A DNA stretch of 64,000 nt, from assembly GCA_009914755.4 (NCBI GenBank), contig CP068257.2, forward strand, positions 33,184,001 through 33,248,000, in the 5' to 3' direction. The position numbers and the translations under genes were made by a program. Positions 44,820 to 61,006 of this stretch are shown piece by piece. The notes beneath the pieces are model-generated. The model did not search any database, was not told the origin of the DNA, and saw nothing but the letters and a program-made list of their open reading frames with translations. Every line of letters begins with the position of its first letter. Position 1 is the stretch's first letter. The DNA is from the human T2T-CHM13v2.0 reference genome, Homo sapiens.

Positions 44820-46991
44820 AAATGTTGCCAAAGTCATGGGAACTCTAGTTAGGAAGATTTCCCCTACTTAGAGCATGTCACTCTGGCGTGGACCTTCATT
44901 CATCTCTTTCCCCGGCCTGGGGTTGATCCATTCTCCCTTCTTCCCCCTTCTCCTGCCCTGCCCCCACCTTCTCAGTCACAATCTTTGTCTTCCCAGTTTG
45001 GCAGGACATCCCAGGGGCCCCTGGGCTTTCCTTCCTGAGGTTAGAAGATGGTGCTTTGAAAGAACAATTGCTCCTACAAACATCAAATCAAACTTTTAGA
45101 AGCTGATAAAGACCTTAAAAATCATTCAATCTCCTCTTCTTTCTCCTTCTGTAGATGAGGAATCTGAGGGTCTAAGAGGAGACATGAGCTGCTGAGATTG
45201 ACTGAGCTAGGCAGGGCCAGACATAGACTCCACGGGCAGGCCCGCAGTCTTTCCACCAGGTCAGGCCACTCCCTCGCCCAGGGCTCAAGATTCCTTTTAG
45301 AGTTCAACAGAGCAGCTCCCGAGAACAGACCAGCCCTCAAGACTCAAATTTCAGTGGTTTCCAGTTCTTTCTCCCTGCACTCAGCTACCTATTTATTTTG
45401 AGACTGGCTGAATCACCCGAAGAATAGAACGGGTTTCTCTGAAGCTGCTCCCGGCAGCATGTCAGCAAATGAACAGGACAGCGAGCTGGCCTCTGGAGCC
45501 TTGGAAGATTCTCACCTCCAAGCAGCTGCAGTTTTTGACTCGTCCTGGGAAACTGGCACTGAGACTCAGGGGTGTAACATTTCACCTCCCTGAAATCAAA
45601 TCCAGAAATCTCAGGCGAGCAGCGTATATAAAAAGCCACAGGGGAAAAAAGGAATACGGACTCAGCAACTCTTAGGTGCTCTGAGCCTCTTCCCAAGCCT
45701 TCTGGTTCTGTGAGCATTTCATTGAAAGAAAATGGAATAACAGAGTTTTAGAAGAAAAACTGTATTTGGTCTTGCAAGAGAAAAGTATATTCATATAAAA
45801 CTCAGTTCTCAACTATTTGCCAAGGTTACTTCTTTTGTTTCCAACATTTAAAAAGGGTATCTAGTTGTAGGTGGAGAAAACATTAAGATATGTGAATGGA
45901 AAAAGGTAAAATTTCTAAAAGTATGGATTCACAGTGGGGTCTGATTTAAATGTTTAAATTTTTTCTCTTTAATTTCTTCTCACCAATCCTGAAAGACACG
46001 ACGAGATAATATCTACTTTCAAGAAATCAATTAATTTTATTTAAAATCCCTAAGATTTTAATATAGTACATGCAAAACAATAGATTTTCTATTTTTTAAT
46101 TATCTAATTATATTTATATTATCTAATTGACAGACTACTTAAAAAGCACATTGATATATATTATCTCAATGTGTCCTCAAGAACCCTGTGCAGTAGGCAG
46201 AACTCATAGTATTATTCCCATCTTATAGATGACCCAGGGGAAGCTTCTAGATGCTCAGAGCTTTGCAGGTCACACAACAGCATAGGTGCTTCATGTTAAG
46301 AAGCAGAACTGCATTTTGATAAAACCTTTAATTGGAAAAAGATCACCTCTCCCTCAAGGAAGTAGGGCAACATGGTTGACAGGGTTATGTTTCAATGAGG
46401 AATACATTTGTTGAAGCCAGTTCAGTGATGCAGTAATTGGAATTAATAATAGGTAGTATGGAAGGAAAAGAGAAAAAGCCCTTATTGTACTGTATTGTGA
46501 GGGCCAAATTTGCCAAGCTTTTTTTTTTCTTCTTTTTTTTTAAGTACTTGGCAATGGTAAATATTTGGCCCCCACTTGAACAGAATTCCATTTGTTTCCT
46601 CTCATAAGGTCTTTGGGACATGGTCAAGGGGCCTACCCGTCTAGAGCATGTGCTTTAATAATAGCAGCTAATATTTAAGGAACACTTCTGTGCCCAGCAC
46701 GGTGCTATGCCCTAACATGAATTATTTTATTCAATCCGCACAATAATCCCCAACAGAGGGATATCATACTCCTGGTTTTATACCCAAGGAGGCTGAAGGT
46801 GGGGAGGTTAATCTGATCCCGAAGGGGAGGCCAGGCTGAATCAGGAAGCCAGCTCTGGAGCTTCGCCATCAGCCACTGCTCCAGCTCGCCTTTCAGGCTA
46901 TCTCTTTTAATCCTCACATCCCCTAGCAAGAGAGGTATCATGCAGTCCATTCTACAGATGGGAAAACTGTGAAACGCAGTTTTAGACTTGA

Positions 46992-47432
<441 letters not shown>

Positions 47433-47853
47433 TGAATGAACTGGAAATATCATACAACCACTTCAAAGGTAAGTGAAAATAAGGTGGTACCAGGAAAATA
47501 TTCAAAGGGCCATAAATCTATGTAGTATCTAGGAACTTATTTCAAATGTTTACTCTTTATTTTAAATAATCAGAATATGACTTTTAAGCCATGGTGAACA
47601 AAAACAAATACAAAATCAAACAAGTATCAAATGTTCGACATTTCAGTATATGGAAGTACACTGAAAGATTTCAATAGCAGTCTGGGTTTTTGTCAATAAT
47701 TGCTTTAATGGAAACTAAGTATATGTATATCATGAAAGTACCAAACCAATGTACTGCCTTTAAATAACTTTCTAGGGGTCTTGAGAGTTGGCAGATTGAT
47801 TCCATTGTGTTACTTTTTGAAAAGGCAAACAGAAAAGAACTTTGCTTTGGGTA

Positions 47854-48363
47854 CATATATATATATATAAAATATATATATAATATATATTATATATATT
47901 TTTATATATAAAAAATTATATATAATATATATTATATATAAAATATATAATATATATTATATATAGTATATATACTATATTATATATAGTATATATACTA
48001 TATTATATAGTATATATACTATATTATATAGTATATATACTATATTATATAGTATATATACTATATATAATATAGTATATATACTATATATAATATATAG
48101 TATATATAATATATTATATATAGTATATATTATATATAGTATAATATATAATATATATTATATATAGTATAATATATAATATATATTATATATAGTATAT
48201 ATAATATATTATATATAGTATAATATATAATATATAGTATATATATAGTATATATATAATATATTATATATAGTATAATATATAATATATATTATATATA
48301 GTATATATATAATATATATTATAATATATAGTATATATAATATATATTATATATATATATATT
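47854..48363. repeat. Long AT-only complex microsatellite, ~510 bp, (TA)n / (TATATAGTATATATAC)-type
   Basis: Uninterrupted A/T sequence made of TA dinucleotide runs and repeated tatagtatatatactatat motifs. Confidence 0.9.
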
Positions 48364-48780
48364 AGCTTGGCTTTCACCTATGAATGTGAATCCAGAATAT
48401 TTGGCTATTCATGACAGCAAATTTTACCAGTGACACGGCATAATTTACACATAGAAGTTGATGAAAATATACCATGTGTCAATCATACTATAAAAAAGGA
48501 ATTTCACATCCAACTAAATGTCACTGGCTTGTGATATGTCTGATAATATAGCCATAATGTACGGTAATAGATTATACCTAATTTACCCTTTCTGTATTGC
48601 CAACTTTTCATAATTAATACTTTGATAGCAAAAAAAAGCAAACCTTCTCTAAAAGTTGCCTTTAAAGGAAAAGAATATGCGATGAACAGGAGAACACAGA
48701 AATTGCCAATCAGCTCAAATGAATTTAAATGCAGATATGGTGTAAGGGGGTAGCTTTTACTTATTTAAGCTAAACTGGAA

Positions 48781-48812
48781 TTATTATTATTATTATTACT
48801 ATTATTATTTTG
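48781..48812. repeat. (TTA)n microsatellite
   Basis: ttattattattattattactattattattt. Confidence 0.8.
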
Positions 48813-50712
48813 GTGGTAGTAGTGGAATTCCATGAGACCCAGTGTATCAAATTCTTATAATGCCTTTCCTAGTTACATGGCTTACAGGAAAAAACAACAA
48901 CAACAAAAAAAACTGAAGCCTTTGAGAAAACTCAAGGAGAAATTTTTCAAAATGAAAAATGGAAAGTGGCTAGGGTATGAGAAAAATTCTAAATCTACCT
49001 GAAAGCACAGGAGTCGATGTATTTTAATGTGCTGGGATGCTGTGACTGCCAACCGCAATCCATCTGAAAGCTGTGGGTCCATCCATCCCCATGGGAGACG
49101 TGCACCCAATGACAAGGCCTGACCATCCCAGACTGGGGCTGCCCCATCAGACCCCCAAAGGACACAGGCAGCAGGCGGAGCTGCCTTGCACACATGGAAG
49201 GGTCTCCAGTGCTGGTCACTGATTTAGGAAACTCAGTGGGTGGCCGGCCATGTTTATGTGCTTGCAAAGCTTGGCTGCGGCGAGAGATCCCAGGCACGCT
49301 TGGGAGACGCACTGCATTTGCCTAGTACAAGAATTCCGACCCCAAGACACCTGCTACATTACACGTCACGTTTCTAGGACAGTGTGGAGACTTCTGCAGC
49401 TGTGTCATGCCTCTACTGAACAGGACCCATGTGTTAGATCTTAAGCACTGATGTTTGATGTCACCCACACGTGACTTTTCTTTCTGACTTTTTCACAAAG
49501 TGCAACATTTGGGGGCAAGGCCATTTCACCCGTTAGTGACTTAGGAACAGTGCCCAGAGTGTTTCCAGGGCCCATGCTATACTAGAAAAGAAATTTTACT
49601 GGGTCTCAACACAAAACGAAATCCAGAAAAATAAATCAAAATTTATAAATGTTTAATTAAATGTAAAAAAAAAAGTGTACCATTATGGCAACTTCATGAA
49701 TTTTTAAATTTAGGAGCCACAGATCTTTTTTGGTTAAAGTTTTCTCATTTCCAGAAGGATTTCAAGACTAAATCTGAATTATACCTGTCCTCTTTTGAGT
49801 ATGTATTGTGTGCCAGGCATGGTTCTAAGCCACAGAGGCTGCTGCATTCAGCCTTCCAGTGATGTGACGGTGGTACTACCAACTGTCCCCGTTTTGGAGA
49901 GGCTCAGTCAGACCAGCTGCTCCCCCAGGAATCGGCTCTCATAGTGTTAGCAAGTGCCAAAATGGAGACCTCAACCCCTAGTCTTGATTACATGTTGGTG
50001 GCAGAGAAGGCAGGGCAGCCACTTACAGCCAGAGAATTTCAGAACAAATTAGAAAGCCCTTTAAAAACTTTACAGCAAAAAAACGACGTCTATCTCATGT
50101 ACCACCTGAGTGCATGTGGATTTGCCTGATGTGATTTAGGATGGCACTGCCCAGGGAAGGCCTGGAGGCCTCGGCCTCTAAGGGGCCAGTTTACGGGAAC
50201 GAACTTACGGCTTTATTTTGCTGACCATATTTTGTTACCCTTTTTGCATGAGAACTAATTTAGAGATTATCTCGTCCCATTGCCTGGTTCAACAGGAGAG
50301 GAAAATGAAGACGAAAGTATTTAAGATAATTGCTCAAGTTCACACCCACTGGCCTGGTGGCACCAGTGTGAAAACCCAGGTCCCTAAATTCAGGATCCAG
50401 AAAACTTTTTACATGTTTGAAGCTTAAGAAACAGAAGCCTAAATGCAGACAGGGTTTTTTTTTTCTTATGGCATGTCATACAATGAATTCTAACAAGGAC
50501 TGCAATATATTAGTTTAGATCCTGACCTCACTGGTGTGGCATTCAAATTAGTGATATGGTTTTGCGAGGGTCCAGACGGAAAGAGAAATTCAATGTAATG
50601 GTGTAAGTTTCTTCCCTCTTCTCTGCTCCCACATTGGATTGAGAAGGTGCCTAGATCATCTCTTTGGGTTTTCACATTACCTGGAAGGAACTCTTATTTT
50701 GTTTTCTTTCTA

Positions 50713-51151
<439 letters not shown>

Positions 51152-52587
51152 TCAGAGCTGCACCAGGTGGGTTACTGCCGCTTCTGGGACAGAAGCCCAT
51201 TCCCTTCACGGTCCTCTTAGGTTCCCATTCACCCCAGGGGCCCTTTCAGACCTTAACCTCCACTCTAGGGTCAAGGAAGTCTGTATGCATGTAAAATTCT
51301 TCTTCTTGGACTGGTTTGATACTACTAAAAATATTCAACAGAAAGACATTCTAAAATTCGCTGGAAACATTTAGGCACGATTATTATTAATGCTTTAAAA
51401 ACTGCCTTTGCCAAGTCATCAGGTAGTTGAGGAGCTTAACACAGAAGGAATTAAAAGTACCAGGGGGAAGTTCCCCCAGAACTTTCAGCTTGGCCTGAAA
51501 TGCCTTTCAAAGTGGGGAGGAGGGGATGTGAGTCAGGACAGCATTTTCCTCCTCTTTGAGCCTCTGCCTTGCTCCTGCTTTAGGTGGGAGGGGAGGAAGA
51601 ATTACTTTCTAATTCCTGTGTGGATCAGGATTGCATCTAGAAAGAACTAAAGTCCAAGTCCAAATCTGATGAATTCAAGGGAAGAGGAATTAAGTAGCTC
51701 ATCATTCACTACCTGGAAAATACGCTTGAAGCAATTCCCAGTGAGCAATGCGATTGTGGATTGGTAATTACAATCCTGAGATCACAGATCCATAAAACCA
51801 TCTGACATTTTCATAATCATTCAAGAGCAAAGAGTGACACATCTTTTCATCCCCCCGGCGGCTACGTGCTGTGCACACGGGCCCTCCACGAAACCCTTTG
51901 TTAAAGGGGGACCCAGACTTGGACCACTACTCTGCAGGTCACTCCACTTTACCCATCTTTCGTGAAGGCCAACACCGGAAGAAGAGGTCTATGTTGTACA
52001 ACACCCCGGGGTCAGGTCCCCCTTCATGCCAGGTCCCCAAGTGGACCCTGGTGACAGAAGCAGAACCAACTGCTGGCACCTGTGACCAGCATGGCCATGG
52101 CTGTGTATTATGAACTCTGGGGAGGTGTGGGAGGGGAGGGTACTTCCTGCAGCCCTGCCGGGGAAAACACTGATTCCCTCCTGTCAGTACAAAAAAAATG
52201 ATGAATGCCAAAGCAACAGGGCTCTGCTTTCTTGAAGAAAACTGTATGTGACCCAGAACTTTACTGATAAACTCTCCCAATAAAAAATACAGGAATTACA
52301 TTACCATGAAGCTCAAAAAGCGGCCAGTGCAGTTCTTAAAAACAGACCCTGGCATCGGTGCGTGCCAGCATCTGGACGCCTTAGTTTACATGCTGGCTTA
52401 CTAGTTGCGTGACTTTGGGCAAGGTATACGATTTATTTTTTCTTCAATTTCCCTGCCTGTTCTTTTGAAGATTATATAAATTAATATGCGTGAAGCACTG
52501 TGAACAGTGTTGGGCAAATAACACTATTTAATGTTAGCTATTGCTATTATCGAGTATTTTTATGATTAAGAGAAAATAACAATGTGA

Positions 52588-52984
<397 letters not shown>

Positions 52985-53302
52985 CATAGGTACTTTTCAT
53001 GCATTTCTCTTCTTCACTTGAAGCACATTCTCCATATATAAAGATCCTATTTCTCATGTTCACATATATAATAGGTTTGCTATACACACTCAAAGTCATA
53101 GAAGAATTATACTCATATGACATGATCTCAACCAAGTACTTTAAAAAGTAGCTGAGTGAAGATTAGGCCCTTTGATCAACCTATTTTAACTATAACTCCC
53201 TCTAAAAACAAAAATCAGACAGAAAGAAAGCTAGTGCCTCAGGAAGCACTCTACAGTTTGTAAGTAATGGCTCCACCTTACCATCTCTATGAAAAAAATT
53301 AA

Positions 53303-53488
<186 letters not shown>

Positions 53489-54294
53489 GCTGCACATTTT
53501 ACCTTACTCCCTAGCTGCCCTCTAAGCCAGTATCCCAGATGTCACCTGATGTATGGATGCTAGAAGCCCCACCCTTAAACAGACCACATCACAAGACTCT
53601 ACGTTAACAGCCTGGTCCTCAAGGACGGGCTGCCCAGAGAGCAGAGGCAACGCTGCCTCCACCCAAAAGGAATCCCGTGAGCTCTAGACATGGTCATCCT
53701 TGCCTGTGAGGAGGGGGGCAGCTGCAGAGGCCTGTCCTTCCCTCCAGGTTTGTACTTCCCGGCATCTGCTGGGTTACACCTTTCCAAAATTACAGCCAGC
53801 TCTTTCACTTTTAAAATAGAAATAACTATATTTAATTAAACAAACAAACAAAAAAATCAAGAGCTCAAGCAGAACACAGTCACGTGAAAGACTCCTTTAA
53901 CCTGGGGACAGACAGAAGTTATCTCAGAAATGGCCAATACGTTAATTAACCTTTTTGATTTTTAATTTAGTTTCTCAATGTTCCAGACGTAACAAACACC
54001 TGACCAGACAGGTAAAGGCTGCCCAATCCATACCACCAGGACCAGCCCCCCAAGACGGGTCAGTTAGGGTCCCCACTGCTCACTCTCCTCAACCTCTCCT
54101 TGGCAAAATATCTTCCTCCATGGCATTGAACCAATTCCTGCATTGAAATTATTTAATGAAATCTCTGTAGAGAAGATGCTTTGGGATCTCAATATTAGCA
54201 TAGAGACACCTAAATTACAGATTTGTGAGCTGAGAGCTGGAGTTTTTCATTAGATCCTAGAAATATAAAACATACATTAAAAAAACAACTCTCA

Positions 54295-54604
54295 GCCATT
54301 CGTAGTAGCTCATGCCTGTAATCCCAGCACTTTGGGAAGCCAAGGTGGGCAGATCACTTGAGGTCAGGAGTTCGAGACCAGGCTGGCCAACATGGTGAAA
54401 CCCCGTCTCTACTAAAAATACAAAAATTAGCTGGGAGTGGTTGTGGGCATCTGTAGTCCCAGCTCCTCCAGAGGCTGAGGCGGGAGAATCGCTTGAACCT
54501 GGGAGTGGGGCAGAGGTTGCAGTGAGCCGAGATTGTGCCACTGCACCCCAGCCTGGGCAACAGAGTGAGACTCTGTCTCAAAAACAAACAAACAAACAAA
54601 CAAA
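54295..54604 (+). mobile_element. Alu SINE with a (CAAA)n tail
   Basis: gccattcgtagtagctcatgcctgtaatcccagcactttgggaagccaaggtgggcagatcacttgaggtcaggagttcgagacc..., with a tail (caaa)n. TSD aactctca on both sides. Confidence 0.95.
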
Positions 54605-57299
54605 AAACTCTCAAATATCCTTTTCTTGAAAAATCCTTTCGCTCTATCTTTTGTGCTTAAGGAGGAGACACTCTCAGTATATCAACAAGCTACTAAGTGC
54701 TCTACGTGCTAACCGAAAACAGAGCCCACCTTGGTGCTGGTAAGAACCCATTCCAGGCAGAGGATACCTTTTGATGGTGCTCTTGCTCCATGATAAAGTT
54801 AATTTTTCAACAATTAATAATTTCTATATTACTCTAAGATATTTCTTAAAATCCTATGGAATATGAGAAAAACAAGTTTTGATTTTCTAAGGGGCAGGTC
54901 CATTACTGTAAAAGAGCAAGAAACCATCTGAAATGAAAAACACTTTAAATTCCCTTTGGCGTATACTTTTGGCTACAGCTTCACCACTGAAAACCCTGGA
55001 AGAGGGGAGGGATGCATCAAGTTTACCCGTCGGCATGAAAAACAGACGAGCTGTGGCACAGCTTCTCATTCTCAGTCCTTAACTTAGTCAGCGGAATGGC
55101 AGGTTGAATGGCAGTTTGTCCCTCCAAATGCCAGATAACTGCTTTATTTAGTTAAGCTTGCACGCATACCTCAAGTCAAAGGCTCCACACCTGCAATGAG
55201 GCACTACCATTTGCCCTTCTATAATAGACAGTCTTCGAGATGAGCCAAATATGCCAGCCAATCATATAAGCCAACTCCTCATTTTAAATGTGAGGATACC
55301 GAGGCCAGGTCAAAGAGTCTATAAGAAAGAAATAGATGATGTACAGACAGTATGGTATGGATAGAGAGATGAACAGATGAATGGACAGGTAGATAAATGA
55401 AGGACAGCACAGAAGTAGACATCAGGAACTCCTCATTCTGTTAACGCTTCATCATCAACTATCTCTTTTAAAGCTAGGCAAACCGTTTCATTTTTCTGGG
55501 GCTATTTTCCCTTACCTATGGGGTGATGATCCTAAAGGCTCTTCTCAGGCCCCTCCTAGCTCTCATTGTCTTTGATTTTATGAAACTAGAGAATTTTCCA
55601 AAATGATTCAATTTGACCTTGGCAATGCCAGGGCCATTTTGCCAGGATTTCCCAGAATTCATTGCACCATAATCATGGAGGGGACTCGGGAGGTCTTATT
55701 CATCCAGAGATCTGGCAACATCTGGGCATCCTGATTTACATGCAGTGTCCTCTCTTTATGTTACACTGGAAAGCAACTGTGAGCAAAGCTTACTATAGAA
55801 AGTTCCCACCCTGAATGAAGACGTTCAAACCATAAGAAACCAGCATACTAAAATTAGCAGTGATGGCCCCTCTTGCTTCACAGGGCAAATAGAAAAGTCA
55901 GCATTACCCAAGTCAACCTGGGAGTCTGCATGCACTTGGCTTTTTTCTAGAAGTCCCTTGTAAAATGTGAGACTTTCTACCTGGGGCTATTGCACCTCTA
56001 TATATCATACTTATACTTATTCCACGCATTTAGTTTTTCCCCAGGCCCCAAATTCCATTTGGCAGGGAAGACTGTGTAAAAATGGATGCTTCTTTGGCGC
56101 AAATCCCTTCTGTCTGCTCAGAGGGTGCTTCTCCATATAACAACTGTTTTCTTAAGTTGTAAAACAGCAGGGGCAGAGTAAACTGTATATACAGCCAGAC
56201 CGTTACAATCACATAGACATCTTTTTTCCCCTCTGACTGCCAATTCTTAAAAGTCAGAGTCGCCACCATTTGTTTTCTGAAGCTCAATAACTTTGTTATT
56301 TCTTTGAATGTTACAGGAAATGCTGGCAGTGAGGCAAAACCCAGCCTTCTTTATGCATGAGGAAATAAGAGAAGTAGAGGGTATACCCAGGGTCACCTGG
56401 CTTCGGCTTCTTCAGGCTGGTCGGCATTTCAACTGTCCCAGAGACGGCTGTTGCTTCTAGTTCTAAATACAGTGGTTCTACAGCCTCCTGAAGGAGCATT
56501 TCTCTAAGTTTAGTTACCCTCAAAGTCGATTTTCTTATACCTAACAACTGCCTCCCTCCCAGCCAGGCACCTTGCCATAATTCAAGCCTGCTTCCTCTTT
56601 GGTCCTCTGTGGAGAACAAACTTGCTTTGGTGTTTATGTTCTGTTTAATGCAGGGTTACATTAACGTAGGAATGTCCAGGTTGACATTCCTACTCTGGAA
56701 ACCTAAGAAGAGCTCACAGTCATTCCTTAGACCTGTGTGGTCCTGTCTGTGTCTATGGCCTGCTTTTCACTCATAAAGAAGAATCAGGGTCTGTTATCAA
56801 GTCCCACAGTCTCCCAAGTCTAGGCATGGCCAGAAAGTCTCGATCAGAAAAAGCTGAGAGGGCCCTCTGGGGAAAAATGCAGTCAGATCTGGAGGGAGTC
56901 ACCGAGCACAGCAAATGGAAGGAAGGGAAAAAGCAGACGAGGAACACCATATCCTGGTGGCCTGCCCCTGGTGGGCATGGTGATTATTTGCAGAGCTCCA
57001 TCCACTCAAGGACTTTGGGAAAGTTGATGCAGCTTGGGGAATGGTTCCAGAAGGTGACCCAGATGCCATGAGGTTGTGGCCAGGACCACAGGGAAGGCTG
57101 CCATAAAAGCTGCCGTGATCACAGGATAGCCTGCAGAGAACTACCTTAAAACCCCACCTAGAAACCACCATGCAGGGAAGGTCATCTAGAGGGGACTGGA
57201 GCAGTAGCCAGGGATGAAAGCAGGGATGCCCTACTGGGGATCACTAACATTTCCTGCCTTCATTCTCTGCATCAGGCACACAGCATCATTTGGCTTGAT

Positions 57300-57480
57300 C
57301 TTATAAAGAAGCTCTCATTATTATCCCCATTTTACAGAAGAGGAAAGTGAGGTTCAGCAAGGCTCTGTAGCTCACTGAAGGCTTAAGAATTCCACTGGCT
57401 TGCCCATAAAGCCCAAATTCTTAACCACTTCATTTTACAACCTGACCTCCCTGCATCTTGGCTTTTGGGGACAGTAGGAA
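57300..57480 (-). mobile_element. MIR fragment
   Basis: ...ccccattttacagaagaggaaagtgaggttcagcaaggctctgtagctcactgaaggc... matches the reverse-complemented MIR 3' region (attttacagatgaggaaactgaggctcagagaggttaag). Confidence 0.45.
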
Positions 57481-57913
57481 GCCCTGTTTTTCAATATCCC
57501 TCACTCCAAGAAGAGAGTATATTAATTTTCCACCAGGGACCTGATACGGTTTGGAGACATCTGGATGCTGGGCGGGGGTGCTGGGCAGTTCCACAGACCT
57601 GGAACTGTAACCCAGCCTCAGATCCTGGGGAAGGGTGTGGTTCTGGAAAAGAGCGTTACTCTGGTGTTTACTCAAAGATAGTCATTAAGTCACTGTGAAG
57701 ACATCTTTTCTGCAGACTAAACAACCTCACTCATTTTTTTAAAAGCTTCCCTCACAGGAGTTATTTTTTGGTACTATCTTTCTATATTTACTGGTTTTCC
57801 CCAGACATTCTTCTACCCTCCCACTCTCTATCTTAAAAATGCCTGTAATAAGATTTTGATCTGTGCCATAGAAAGAAAAGGGTCATTTTCATAGTTTTCA
57901 TCTCTGGCCCTCA

Positions 57914-58543
<630 letters not shown>

Positions 58544-59214
58544 TCAGCACAAGTTACCAGTTTTGACAACACTCCCGGAATTTTGGCTTTGCTTCAATTC
58601 TGGAATACACACCTATGATAGTTGCCTAAGTGTAACACTTCACATAGTTATATGGCTTTAATGTAATCATCAATAAACAATACAAGATCAAGAAAGATTA
58701 GAATTTATTTTCTGTTAAGTCAGGATTTCCGGAAACCATAGAGTCAGATTGGCAGCTCTCCACTTCTGGTTCCCAACTTCCCTGCTCCCATCTTTCCCAA
58801 TTATTTATAATTCAGGGCAAATAAGAGTAGAAGAAACCATATCCATCTTTCTCTTCTTACTTTGTACCTTTGAAGATCAGGAAAGATAGAATTTCTAAGT
58901 TTGAAAACAGGCTAAATTAGAATCATTCTGTCTATATTTTTAAAAGACGAAGTCTGGCTGATTTTAAATATTATTTGAAAATGCCAGATGTTATTAGAGG
59001 TACTCATGGGATCAGTCAGAATAAAATTGATGACTCATAAATGGACTTAAGTATATGTAACTGACAGACTGAGATTCAATAAGTACTAGTAATAAAAAAT
59101 GCACAAAATTTCCATTACACATTTTACATATATTTATAAAAGGTGAGAAAATCTTCATTGCATAGATTTACTAATCTAAAAACATTTCTTGTTGGTAAAG
59201 TGATTCAGAAGATA

Positions 59215-59400
59215 AATCTGGCTAGCTGACCTTTGGCAAGTCACTAGACACCTCTATGTTCCTCAGTATCCTTACCAGGAAGATGGTTACATGCAAATTT
59301 TCCTACCTTAGAGAGTTTTAGGGGAGATTAAATGATTTACCGTGAGTAACCCTGTTAAAACAGTTATCTGGCACACGGTATTCAACAGGGTGTGTCTGTG
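59215..59400 (+). mobile_element. MIR fragment
   Basis: ...gacctttggcaagtcactagacacctctatgttcctcagtatccttacc...gattaaatgatttaccgtgagtaaccctg... matches the MIR core. Confidence 0.45.
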
Positions 59401-59426
59401 CGTGTGTGTGTGTGTGTGTGTGTATG
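59390..59426. repeat. (GT)n microsatellite
   Basis: gtgtgtctgtgcgtgtgtgtgtgtgtgtgtgtgtatg. Confidence 0.9.
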
Positions 59427-59616
59427 TTGTCTGCTTTATTTCTCTTCTCTGTTTCTCACGGGTCTATAATAGGACCCTAACATTTGATTAAGTCTGATGT
59501 TCAATCTTCCTACATCAATACAGTAGTTCTTTAATCAACATAGTTTCTCCTCTTAATCATGTAGCATAAAGTAAATCAAAGACAGATGAAAGGAAAATAT
59601 TTTCAATTGTCACACA

Positions 59617-59700
59617 TGTCTTAATACAAAGGAAGGCCACAGAAAAACAAATGTCATGCGTGTCTTAATACAAAGGAAGGCCACAGAAAAATGCTCAATG
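59617..59700. repeat. Tandem duplication, ~44 bp x2
   Basis: tgtcacacatgtcttaatacaaaggaaggccacagaaaaacaaa / tgtcatgcgtgtcttaatacaaaggaaggccacagaaaaatgct. Confidence 0.7.
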
Positions 59701-60985
59701 AAAATATAATCTTTGGCCACAGCAAGCCACGATTCCTAATCGTGAGAAATCTCCACCGAACACTCCCCAAAGATGTGGATTCTATCTGTATTAAAGTCTA
59801 TAATAAAAAGAGCAATAGCAAGTAACAATTAGATGATGAAGGCTGCTCTGCCCATTGTGCCTTTATAACTAAAGTCTCAGCTGACCTGTCCAATAAACGA
59901 GGTGAGGATGCTTCTGGGGAGTGACTTCCATGGAGCAGAGCATCAGGGATGCCAGGAGACTCTGCCTCCAAATCCATCTTTCCCATCAACTGGCCTGTCC
60001 CCAGAACCTAGAGACGAGTCTTGTTGGCCTTTGGGGATTTGCCAGTTTTAGGACATCGTTCAGATGTTATCAGGCGACACTCTGGATGCTTTCCTACCGT
60101 GGCATCTAGCTGAAGGAGAGGACTGGGTAGAAGAGGCCTTGGCCAGGCCCAGCAAGCAGGGTATGTGATGTGATGTGGAGGAAGATGCTGCCGCAGAGGG
60201 AGGCAGGTCCTGGGGGCAACTGCCCATCTCACTGGGCAGTCTCTGGCTTTCCAAGAACAGATCCAGGAGCAATGACAGCCACAGACGGGGAGCAGCCACA
60301 TCCACATGTTCCAGAGCTGACTAACAGATTGTCCTACAAGCCTCATGGTCAGCCTGTTCCCTCTCTGTCAAGAACCCATGAAGGTTATCACCTGTATCAT
60401 CAAGACTGAACTCCAGAACCTGCTTTTAGGATCTTCTCACTAATAAGACCCTGCCCCAAGTAATTTCTCACTCACCCCCTCTCCTCCGCATACCTGACTC
60501 CCAGTGTGCACCCTCCGAGTTCTACCCATGAGCCATGGCATTGAGATGCTGAGGTCTTCCTTCCTCCAGCCACTTCGCCAATCCAAGGCTCCTTGCTGCA
60601 CCCTTCACCCGAGTCTTCCTGCCCTTCAGCATCTGGCAACGGGCAGTCACTCAGTCACTTGTTTTCCAGGCAGCCTTCCTTGATGACTACATTTTGCTTT
60701 ATGGCTGTTTGGGCTGCCTCATAAATCATCCTTCACCTTTGATTATTTAGGGTGTCATACTGAATGCAGTTTGCGGCTGTGTAGACCTAGTCTCCCAGAA
60801 GGTGGGGACCCTTTTCTATATACCCATGTAGCCCTCACAGAAAGGTGGGAAAGGGTGCAAGTGGGAAGGGGCTTTAGGAGAGAGGGGGTATTTAAAATTA
60901 AAAAAAAAAAAGTCCCTTGAGGACACAACAATAGATAATGCCATTGTCCCAGTCCTGAGTAGGTCTAGGGGTGCATGTGGGTGTA

Positions 60986-61006
60986 TGAGAGAGAGAGAGA
61001 GAGAGA
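60986..61006. repeat. (GA)n microsatellite
   Basis: gagagagagagagagagagac. Confidence 0.85.
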
